Source: Candidatus Omnitrophota bacterium (GTDB lineage: Bacteria > Omnitrophota > Omnitrophia > Omnitrophales > Aquincolibacteriaceae). Taken from it: a stretch of 64,000 nucleotides of DNA. The stretch is from NCBI GenBank assembly GCA_003140935.1, contig PLLJ01000052.1, forward strand, positions 12,642 through 76,641. Reading direction: 5' to 3'. The position numbers and the translations under genes are program-made. Shown here in pieces: positions 41,969 through 49,694 of this stretch; the stretch's first letter is position 1, and the number at the start of each line of letters is the position of its first letter. The notes beneath the pieces are model-generated. The model saw nothing but the letters and a program-made list of their open reading frames with translations, ran no database searches and was not told the origin of the DNA.

Positions 41969-42574
41969 ATGGAAAAATATACAGATCTCAGTCTCGAAAC
42001 TTATCTGGAAAAACTCGCAAGTGACGCACCCGTTCCAGGTGGGGGCAGTGTTTCGGCCTATACCGGGGCTTTGGGCATGGCCCTGACGCAAATGGTGGCG
42101 CGCATCGCACTCAGGCGAAAACCCAAGGCCGATCTTGCGCCGGAACAGAAATTCCAGGACGAGGCCAATCGTCAGCGTATGCGGGAAATCGTCAATTCTC
42201 TGGAAAAAACCCGGAAGGATGCGCTCCAGGTGGTGTCGCTTGATCCGAAGGTCTACGATGAGGTGATGGCTTGCTATAGAGAAGGTGCGGGGCCCGAGAA
42301 ACTGGAAGACGCGCTCCAGAACGCATTCCGCTTGCAGGCGGATCTCGCGCTGATCCTTGTGATGGCAAAAGAATGGAACGAGCACATGAAAACCCTCGTC
42401 AAGGGCGCAGTCGCCAACGATCTGATCGTAAGCAACGGCCTTTTGACTGCTGCGTTCGAAGGGGCTTTTCATACCGCGCAGATCAATGTGGTCTATATGA
42501 AGAACAAAGAGCGGAAAGAGCGCGCCGAGAAGGCCTTGGCGGAACTTCGCGGTCGCTTCACAAAAGGGAGCTGA
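41969..42574 (+). CDS. fchA: Methenyltetrahydrofolate cyclohydrolase / formimino-THF cyclodeaminase-family protein
   Basis: GGGSVSAYTGALGMALTQMVARI cyclodeaminase-domain signature. Confidence 0.7.
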   Translation: MEKYTDLSLETYLEKLASDAPVPGGGSVSAYTGALGMALTQMVARIALRRKPKADLAPEQKFQDEANRQRMREIVNSLEKTRKDALQVVSLDPKVYDEVMACYREGAGPEKLEDALQNAFRLQADLALILVMAKEWNEHMKTLVKGAVANDLIVSNGLLTAAFEGAFHTAQINVVYMKNKERKERAEKALAELRGRFTKGS

Positions 42575-42578
42575 AAAA

Positions 42579-43436
42579 GTGGAAGCGAAAAGGCTTGAAG
42601 GGAAAGTGATCGCGGCGGAACTGCAGGAGAAGATTGTCGAGAAGATAAAATCTTTTATCGGCGCGGGACTTTCCGAGCCGTCTTTGGTTGCGATCCAGAC
42701 CAGCGAAGACCCATCGGCGGTATGGTATATCAACAGTCAGGAAAAACTGGCCGGCAAGCTTGGTATTCATTTCAAACGCATGATGCCGGATCAAGTGAAG
42801 GGCGAAAAGGCTTTGCTCCAGCAGATCCAGGAGATCAACGCTGATAAAACGGTCCATGGGCTTTTCATTTCCATGCCACTTCCTGCGGGGATCGACTCCG
42901 ACAAAGTTTTGCTTGCCATGGATCCGAAGAAGGATGTCGAAGGTGTTCATCCCACCAGCCTTGGACTGATCGTTTTACGGCGCGGAAAATTGATACCGCC
43001 CACGGCGCTCGCAGCCTATAGATTGATTAAAGCAAGTGGTGTCATGCTGCGCGGCAAAAAGGCGGCGATCATCGGTCAAAGTGCGATCGTGGGACGTCCG
43101 CTTCAGCTCCTGCTAGGCGAGGCCCGAGTGACGACGCTTGTTTGCAATACCGGGACGGGCGAAGAGGATATGAAAAAGATCGTGGGTGCAAGCGATATCG
43201 TCGTGGCCTGTTCGGGGAAGCCCGGTCTTGTGAAGGGCGCCTGGATCAAACAAGGCGCGGTTGTGATCGATGTCGGGACCACGGAAGTCGACGGAAAGCT
43301 TCAAGGGGATGTCGAATTCGACGAGGCAGTCAAAAAAGCCAGTTTTATCACGCCGGTCCCGGGAGGTGTGGGGCCGCTTACCGTGACCATGCTCATGGAA
43401 AATCTCATCACGGCGTATGAGTGGCAGATGAAATAA
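42579..43436 (+). CDS. folD: Bifunctional methylene-THF dehydrogenase/cyclohydrolase
   Basis: FolD pattern through NAD(P)-binding GxSxxxGxP and C-terminal PVPGGVGPLTVTML. GTG start. Confidence 0.9.
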   Translation: MEAKRLEGKVIAAELQEKIVEKIKSFIGAGLSEPSLVAIQTSEDPSAVWYINSQEKLAGKLGIHFKRMMPDQVKGEKALLQQIQEINADKTVHGLFISMPLPAGIDSDKVLLAMDPKKDVEGVHPTSLGLIVLRRGKLIPPTALAAYRLIKASGVMLRGKKAAIIGQSAIVGRPLQLLLGEARVTTLVCNTGTGEEDMKKIVGASDIVVACSGKPGLVKGAWIKQGAVVIDVGTTEVDGKLQGDVEFDEAVKKASFITPVPGGVGPLTVTMLMENLITAYEWQMK

Positions 43437-43515
43437 AAAAGAAACACGAGATCCGGGACACGTACAAATAAAGGATTCCGTTGAAATTTCGTGGAACTTG
43501 TCCCGGGGGGGAATT

Positions 43516-44307
43516 ATGAAACACACATCCCAGACCATCTATTCAAAAAAGCAAGCCGGCGAGCGTATCGTCTCGCTTAGCCTCTACGATTATCCAAGCG
43601 CGAGGATCGCGGACGGGGCGGGCGTGGATGTTATCATGGTCGGCGATTCGGTCGGCATGGTGCTTCTGGGCCATGAAAATACGCTTGGTATGACGATCGA
43701 ACACATGCTTTATCACACGGCGGCGGTTGCCAAGGCCGTGAAGCACGCGCTTGTCGTTGCGGACATGCCGATCCATTCCTATAACGATCCCGAAAAGGCG
43801 CTTACCAATGCGCAGCGTCTGCTTCGGGAAGCGGGAGCCGATGCCGTGAAACTCGAGGGGGGCGTGAAGATCCAGGCTCAGATCAAAAAGCTTGTGACGG
43901 AAGGCATTCCGGTGATGGGGCATGTCGGGATGCTTCCGCAAAGCGTCGGAGACGGAAAATACCGTGTTTACGGCAAAGATCCGGACGAAGCGACCCTGAT
44001 CCTTGAGGACGCAAAACTGCTGGATGGGATGGGAGTGTTTGCGGTCGTGCTGGAATGCGTGCCGGCAAAACTGGCTGAAGAGATCACCAAAGCCGTGCGA
44101 TGTCCGACAATCGGGATCGGTGCGGGACCCGCGACCGACGGGCAGGTGCTTGTGTTCCATGATCTGTTGGGGATCCGATCGGGAGTGAGCCCTCGTTTTG
44201 TGCGACGTTACGCGGATCTTGAAAAGATCATGAAAAAAGCAGCCGGCGATTACTGCCGTGATGTGCAAAATAAGAAATTTCCCTCCAAGAAAGAAAGTTT
44301 TTTATGA
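43516..44307 (+). CDS. panB: 3-methyl-2-oxobutanoate hydroxymethyltransferase
   Basis: LSLYDYPSARIADGAGVDVIMVGDSVGMV...ADMPIHSY; catalytic motifs of KPHMT. Confidence 0.9.
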   Translation: MKHTSQTIYSKKQAGERIVSLSLYDYPSARIADGAGVDVIMVGDSVGMVLLGHENTLGMTIEHMLYHTAAVAKAVKHALVVADMPIHSYNDPEKALTNAQRLLREAGADAVKLEGGVKIQAQIKKLVTEGIPVMGHVGMLPQSVGDGKYRVYGKDPDEATLILEDAKLLDGMGVFAVVLECVPAKLAEEITKAVRCPTIGIGAGPATDGQVLVFHDLLGIRSGVSPRFVRRYADLEKIMKKAAGDYCRDVQNKKFPSKKESFL

Positions 44308-45770
44308 AGGGAAAGAGGATCCTGGTCGCGGAAAAAGACGACGCGACAAGGGAACTGATTCTGATGCGTCTTCACTCCCGCCACCACAAGGTTTTTGAGG
44401 CCTCGAAAAGCAGCCAGGTCTTGAGATTTCTGGATCGTGAGGTCCTGGACCTGATCCTGCTTTCAAGCGAAATGGAGCCCGTGGGCGGCAAAATGCTCAT
44501 CCAGGTCATCCGTTCCCGTTCTCATCTTATGTCGGTCCCGGTGATCATGATCACGGAGGAACATAAACTGACAGAACTCATGCTCAGCCATGAAAAAGGT
44601 TTCGACGATTTTTTGATCAAACCCTTCAGCCCGCTCGTGTTGCAACTGCGTGTAAATCTTAATATCGCAAAGACCATGGAACGGGTGGAAGCTAACGCGC
44701 TCACACATCTTCCGGGTAACCACGCTATCGAGAAGATCGTTTCGAAGAAAATCCAAGCAGGGGAAAAATTTTCGGTCCTTTATATCGACATCAATAATTT
44801 CAAAGCCTTCAATGACCATTATAGTTTTCAGAAGGGGGATGAAGCTATTCTTCAGACCGCCCGGATCCTCGTGACGACCAGCCATGCCATGGCAAGAGAC
44901 GGGGAGTGTTTCATCGGGCATATCGGCGGAGACGATTTTGTCGTGGTGCTTTCCACAGAAGTTGAGGAGGTCTTCGCGCGCCAATTCATCGATGATTTTG
45001 ACCGGATCATCCCGACCTATTACAACAAGAAGGACCGGGATGCGGGATTCATTCGCGTGGAGAACCGGCGCGGCAAAATGGAAAATTTCCCGCTCATGTC
45101 CTGCTCGGTCGCCGGTTGCACCAACCTTTACCGGAATTACGCGAACCTCCGCGAGATCGCGGAGGACGCTGGGGAGGTCAAGACGTTCCTCAAGAGTCAG
45201 CCGGGGAGCCATTATCTTCAAGACCGACGTTCGTCTCCGATCAAAAAACTGGATGAGGCAGTCCATATCCTGGAGCCTGAGGTCAAGCCCCCCAAGCCTA
45301 AAAAACACGTGGATCCGCTGGGTCAGGCCCTTGTGAGTACCGGACTGATCACCGAAGATCAGTTGAGCGCGGCCCTCAAGCAGCATCTCCAGACAGGGCA
45401 TCGTCTTGGCCAGACCCTGATCAATATGAATCTTATCTCAAGCCAGGATGTGGGAAAGATGCTTGAAAAGAAACTCAAGGTTCCTTATTTCAGTTTGAAG
45501 GGATGGATCCCGGATCCGGCGATTTTTCATCTTTTTAACGCGGAATTCATTTTTCACCACCGTGTGGTCCCAATCGGGGTTTCTGAAGGCTCGGTGAGAG
45601 TCGCGATGTGCGATCCGTTCGATCTGAGGACCTTGGACGCGATCGAGCGGATCACGGCGCTCAAGCCTGTACCCTATCTTGCCCTGGAGGATGAATTCGA
45701 ACAGTTCCTGGAGCATTTGATCCCGGAGACGGACTCCAAGGTCGAGACGGAGACCCGAAAAATACTGTGA
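44304..45770 (+). CDS. Response regulator: REC, degenerate GGDEF (GGDDF), C-terminal MshEN/T2SSE_N-type c-di-GMP-binding domain
   Basis: REC with ILLSSEMEP. GGDEF fold with degenerate active site (HIGGDDF; PGNHAIE replaces PNRR). The C-terminus carries two MshEN motifs: LGQALVSTGLITEDQLSAALKQHLQ and RLGQTLINMNLISSQDVGKMLEKKL. Confidence 0.8.
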   Translation: MKGKRILVAEKDDATRELILMRLHSRHHKVFEASKSSQVLRFLDREVLDLILLSSEMEPVGGKMLIQVIRSRSHLMSVPVIMITEEHKLTELMLSHEKGFDDFLIKPFSPLVLQLRVNLNIAKTMERVEANALTHLPGNHAIEKIVSKKIQAGEKFSVLYIDINNFKAFNDHYSFQKGDEAILQTARILVTTSHAMARDGECFIGHIGGDDFVVVLSTEVEEVFARQFIDDFDRIIPTYYNKKDRDAGFIRVENRRGKMENFPLMSCSVAGCTNLYRNYANLREIAEDAGEVKTFLKSQPGSHYLQDRRSSPIKKLDEAVHILEPEVKPPKPKKHVDPLGQALVSTGLITEDQLSAALKQHLQTGHRLGQTLINMNLISSQDVGKMLEKKLKVPYFSLKGWIPDPAIFHLFNAEFIFHHRVVPIGVSEGSVRVAMCDPFDLRTLDAIERITALKPVPYLALEDEFEQFLEHLIPETDSKVETETRKIL

Positions 45771-45828
45771 AGGTTGTAGCCTCTTTAGCCGTTCTTATAA
45801 GGGGTGAAGAACGCCGTATCGAGGGGCT

Positions 45829-46164
45829 ATGGGGATTGAATCCTTTCCAGAGATCGAGAATTTTCAGAAGTTGCCGCGCGAAGTGATCATCAAAGGCGCC
45901 AGCACCCACTTCAACGAGGCTGAAGGCGCGTCTCTTCAAGGCATTGTCATCAACAACATCGGTCATCCCATCAAAGGGATTCGTGCGCAACTGGTGATCT
46001 TTGATAAGAATCAGGTTCCTCTTTTGGGGACCAGTGTTCCGACCGAGCCGGACCACCTGCCGCAGGGCGGGATCGCAAATTTTCAATTTCAGTTGAAGGA
46101 GCATAAGGCAGAAATTAAAAAATATTTTTTGCACGCCAATTGGGGCTTTGACGAAAAGGCCTAG
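45829..46164 (+). CDS. Hypothetical protein (FxLYD-like beta-sandwich?)
   Basis: 111 aa, no signal peptide. Weak resemblance to the FxLYD domain. Confidence 0.3.
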   Translation: MGIESFPEIENFQKLPREVIIKGASTHFNEAEGASLQGIVINNIGHPIKGIRAQLVIFDKNQVPLLGTSVPTEPDHLPQGGIANFQFQLKEHKAEIKKYFLHANWGFDEKA

Positions 46165-46223
46165 TTCGTTTAAGCTATGGACTGGTCACGAAGGTCTGTA
46201 GCATCTCCCGGAGATGGGCCCCT

Positions 46224-46445
46224 ATGGAAAATTATGTGTGTCCAGTTTGCAAGGAAGAGATAGAACATGATTTGATGGTTTTCCTAAAACATACGGACCA
46301 TCACATTATTGATGTGATCTTGAAAGAACATCCCAACTGGGTGCACGGGGATGGGATCTGCCGGGAATGTTTCGATTATTATAAAAAAAGCGTCGGGCAT
46401 ACGTCTTACATGGATGAACCTGATCAAAGTGGGCTGGAAGGTTAA
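46224..46445 (+). CDS. Small zinc-ribbon protein
   Basis: CPVC...x30...CREC pairs. 73 aa. Confidence 0.4.
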   Translation: MENYVCPVCKEEIEHDLMVFLKHTDHHIIDVILKEHPNWVHGDGICRECFDYYKKSVGHTSYMDEPDQSGLEG

Positions 46446-46456
46446 GGTATAAGGAA

Positions 46457-46906
46457 ATGCGTAAATTCTTAAGTGGAGTTATTTTATCTTTTTCTCTGGG
46501 CGTTGTTTTTTTGGGAGCAGTTCCGGCGGTTCTGGGTGCGGACGGGCTCGAGCCCGTGGCGCAGTCCAAGGCATTCGAAGAATTTCTTAAAAAACCCGAG
46601 AACGATCTTGCCAAAATGATCTGTATTTTGAATTATTTTGGCGCCGCGCCCATTGTGGTCCGGTACGACGGGATCGATTATACAGCTCAGGCGGCATATC
46701 CTTTCGGGCTGGTGTATTTGATGACGAATTACCGTAACGAAAATCCGGAGGATTGGGCGAGGAAGCATTGCTACCGGTCGCTTTTTGAAAACAACATCAT
46801 TTTTTTTAAGTTCCAGGATGGAAGTTCTCGACCGGCCCGGGATGTGATTTTGGAAAAATACCATGAGCTTGAGGAAGCCCTTCGGGAGCGGGCTTCCCGG
46901 GCCTAA
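46457..46906 (+). CDS. Hypothetical secreted protein
   Basis: Signal peptide MRKFLSGVILSFSLGVVFLGAVPAVLGA. Confidence 0.4.
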   Translation: MRKFLSGVILSFSLGVVFLGAVPAVLGADGLEPVAQSKAFEEFLKKPENDLAKMICILNYFGAAPIVVRYDGIDYTAQAAYPFGLVYLMTNYRNENPEDWARKHCYRSLFENNIIFFKFQDGSSRPARDVILEKYHELEEALRERASRA

Positions 46907-46918
46907 CGGGGAGGTGCT

Positions 46919-47146
46919 TTGATGGTGAAGGAAATGGATATAAAATCTGTACAGTCGCGCGATCTTGCATTAATCGGTTATGATAACATGACATCGATCC
47001 TGGAAATTGTCTTTCGCGCGGGCGGTGTGTACCGCTACCAGGGGGTGCCTGAAAGCGTTTATCACGGACTCATGACCGCTCCATCGCACGGGATTTTCTT
47101 TCAAAGACATATCAAGACCCAATATGCTTTTGTGAAGGTTAGCTGA
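46919..47146 (+). CDS. KTSC-domain protein
   Basis: IKSVQSRDLALIGYDNMTSILEIVFRAGGVYRYQGVPESVYHGLMTAPSHGIFFQRHIK matches the KTSC consensus. The true start may be the internal ATG at 46934. Confidence 0.5.
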   Translation: MMVKEMDIKSVQSRDLALIGYDNMTSILEIVFRAGGVYRYQGVPESVYHGLMTAPSHGIFFQRHIKTQYAFVKVS

Positions 47147-47154
47147 TTTGTGCG

Positions 47155-48072
47155 ATGAAAAAGATCCTTTTTTTCGTTTTTCTTTCCCTTATTTCCCCCC
47201 TCTTTTTTCCCAGTCCGATTGTTTGGGCTGAAGACTCGCTCCTCAAGATCCAGGTGTTTCCCGATCAAAATTCCGTTAAAAGCGGGATGATGTTCCTTGT
47301 CCATGTGCAGGTCTCGAACTCGAGTTCCGATACCTCGGCCGAATTTTGGAGCAATAGTTGCTCCTATGAAAAACATTGGGTCACGGACAACGCCGGGGTG
47401 CTCATCCAGTCCTGGACCTGCAACGAGAACACTCTCGAACAAGTTGCGCTTGGACCTGGCGAAACTTATGAAAAAAACATTATCCTCTACATCCCTAAAA
47501 AGGATAAAACCGAACCGGTTACCTTCCGGCTCGGGTTCCAACGCATGAGCGAGGATGGTGATGTTGCGGAGCCTCTTTGGAGTGATCCGATCACGATGAA
47601 TGTTACTGTTCCCGAGGAAATGAAGAAAGCCACGCCGCCTCCCGATGAGAATGCTACTTTCAAGACTCCCGACCAAGCTTCAGTGGCTCCAGTCCCCCAA
47701 AACGATACGCCTTCGACTGCGATGCCCGATTCTGCGGTGCCGATGGGAAACCAGTCCTTGGCGTTTCGGGATCCAGGCGTTCCTATCAAGGTTCCGCCCG
47801 GCGAAGAATTCTCGATCGTTTTGGGCAGTAATCCTTCGACCGGATTTCTCTGGAAAATGACTCTGCCCGAAGAGCAAAGGGAGGTTAAGTTTTTGGGGTC
47901 CGAACATGTCACATCGAAGGAAGCGATGCCGGGTATGCCGGGTGACGATGTTTACAAATTTAAAGCCATGACTCCCGGCGAGACAAAGGCTGATTTTGTC
48001 TACAAGCGGCCTTGGGAAACCAAAACAGCTCCGGCCCGCAAGATCTTTACCATCCTTGTCCAAGAGAATTAA
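47155..48072 (+). CDS. Secreted two-domain protein with C-terminal chagasin-like (I42) peptidase-inhibitor domain
   Basis: Signal peptide. C-terminal LGSNPSTGFLWKM (NPTTGY.W chagasin motif) with an Ig-like beta-sandwich context. Confidence 0.45.
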   Translation: MKKILFFVFLSLISPLFFPSPIVWAEDSLLKIQVFPDQNSVKSGMMFLVHVQVSNSSSDTSAEFWSNSCSYEKHWVTDNAGVLIQSWTCNENTLEQVALGPGETYEKNIILYIPKKDKTEPVTFRLGFQRMSEDGDVAEPLWSDPITMNVTVPEEMKKATPPPDENATFKTPDQASVAPVPQNDTPSTAMPDSAVPMGNQSLAFRDPGVPIKVPPGEEFSIVLGSNPSTGFLWKMTLPEEQREVKFLGSEHVTSKEAMPGMPGDDVYKFKAMTPGETKADFVYKRPWETKTAPARKIFTILVQEN

Positions 48073-48110
48073 AGATCCATTCATTCCTGTTGCTGGATCC
48101 CACGAATAAA

Positions 48111-48276
48111 CGCCATGATTGTCATTAATCGAAAATTAATTGGAAATTATGACAGTCCAAGTCAACATTCAAAAAAGAAACGCAAGACTTGGGCGCCATG
48201 ATTGTCATAAATAAAAAATAAATTAAAAATCATGACAGCCCAAGTCAACGTTCAAAAAAGAAATCCAAGACCTGGG
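48111..48276 (+). repeat. Tandem direct repeat, 2 x 83 bp (about 88% identical), duplicating the promoter-proximal region and first 17 codons of the downstream oxidase gene
   Basis: Copy A spans 48111-48193 and copy B 48194-48276. Each copy contains the inverted repeat TGTCAT...ATGACA and an ATGACAG(T/C)CCAAGTCAAC(A/G)TTCAAAAAAGAAA start. Copy A encodes a truncated 21-codon version of the N-terminus. Confidence 0.8.
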
Positions 48277-49647
48277 CACCGCGCGGTGATCATCGGGGGT
48301 GGTATTTCCGGCCTAAGCTCCGCTTTCTTCCTTTCCCAAAGAGCTGCAGAGGAGCATTTTCCTCTTAGGGTCACCGTATTCGAAGCCTCGAACCGTTTTG
48401 GCGGGGTGCTTCGTACGCTGACACATGAAGATTTTCGAATGGAAGCCGGAGCGGATGCCTTCTATGGCGGCCAAAATGACACCCTGGACCTTTGTAGTAA
48501 ACTGGGTCTTCAGGAAGATGTGATCGAGTCATCCCCATGCTTTCGGCGTTTTGTGGGCCTGAAAAATAAACAGCTTTATCCTATTCCAGGTCTTTCCGGA
48601 TCATTTTCTGATATCTTTCGTTTTCTTAGTAGCCCTCACCTGAGCTTTTTTGAGAAATGCCGGACGCTTGAGGAGCCGCTCGTTCCGTGCCGGAAGGAGG
48701 GTGGAGATGAAAGCCTCGCGAGTTTCATTCGCCGGCGTCTTGGGCAAGGTTTCTACCAGGCGTTCGTAAAACCCTTGGCGCAGGGCGTTTGCATGATGGA
48801 TCCTGAGCACTTGAGTCTGGAAGCCCTATTCCCAAGGTTGCGCCAAGCCGAGAAGACTTATGGAAGCCTTGCCAGGTCTTTTTTGAACAAAACAAGCTGG
48901 AGAAAAGAAAAGGGTCGGGCGGAATTTCTTACTTTGAGGCAGGGCCTTGAAGGCCTCATCCACGCGCTTGTGCGGGAATTAGGGGAGTGTGAATTGCGGA
49001 AGCTCTCGCCTGTCCGGCAATGTTCTTACAATGAGGGTTGGGAGATATCGATGGAGGACGGCACCGTATTGCGCGCAGATATCTTGGGACTTGCCATGAA
49101 TGCCTGCGATGCCTCAAACTTGCTATTTGAGGCTGCTCCCGGACTTTCCCGGGAACTTTCGGCCATACGGTACGATTCGATCGCGACGGTGAATCTTATT
49201 TACAAGGTCGAGGATGTGCCGGCTCAGGGCCTGGATTTCGGGTTCCTGGTGCCTATGGGCGGTGAGCGATGTCCTTTTTCAAGTCTTAAATGGTTCGGCA
49301 AGACCTCGGATGGAAAATATCTTTTGATGCGCGCATTTCTGTCTGAAACAATGCTTCCCGGGATCTTTCATGAGAGTGACGAAATGCTCAAACAAAGGAT
49401 GCGGATTTTTTTGAGCGATTTTTTTGATGTTCGGGCCAAGCCGTTATTCACCGATATTGAACGCTACCCCAGCGCATTGCCTCAATATGAGACGGGACAT
49501 TTTGAACGCGTGGAGCGGATCGAAAAAACGGCTCTTCAATATCCGGGCCTTTTTTTCACGGGAAACGGATTTCGCGGATTTGGTATCACGGATTGTATTC
49601 ACCAGGCCAGAATTTCTGTTTCCGGCCTCCAGTTCCCGCTCTTCTAA
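48232..49647 (+). CDS. FAD-dependent oxidase of the protoporphyrinogen/coproporphyrinogen oxidase (HemY/CgoX)-amine oxidase family
   Basis: Dinucleotide-binding VIIGGGISGLSSAF...VFEASNRFGGVL. 471 aa. Substrate not assignable from sequence alone. Confidence 0.65.
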   Translation: MTAQVNVQKRNPRPGHRAVIIGGGISGLSSAFFLSQRAAEEHFPLRVTVFEASNRFGGVLRTLTHEDFRMEAGADAFYGGQNDTLDLCSKLGLQEDVIESSPCFRRFVGLKNKQLYPIPGLSGSFSDIFRFLSSPHLSFFEKCRTLEEPLVPCRKEGGDESLASFIRRRLGQGFYQAFVKPLAQGVCMMDPEHLSLEALFPRLRQAEKTYGSLARSFLNKTSWRKEKGRAEFLTLRQGLEGLIHALVRELGECELRKLSPVRQCSYNEGWEISMEDGTVLRADILGLAMNACDASNLLFEAAPGLSRELSAIRYDSIATVNLIYKVEDVPAQGLDFGFLVPMGGERCPFSSLKWFGKTSDGKYLLMRAFLSETMLPGIFHESDEMLKQRMRIFLSDFFDVRAKPLFTDIERYPSALPQYETGHFERVERIEKTALQYPGLFFTGNGFRGFGITDCIHQARISVSGLQFPLF

Positions 49648-49694
49648 AAACCATTCCTAGTAGTCCCTCTCAAGATAGGGTATAATAAATCCCC

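Noticed and set aside
48112-48276. Possible CRISPR-like or mobile-element repeat
   Set aside because: Only two or three direct copies, with no spacer architecture and no cas or transposase genes nearby. Interpreted as a local tandem duplication of a gene 5' end.
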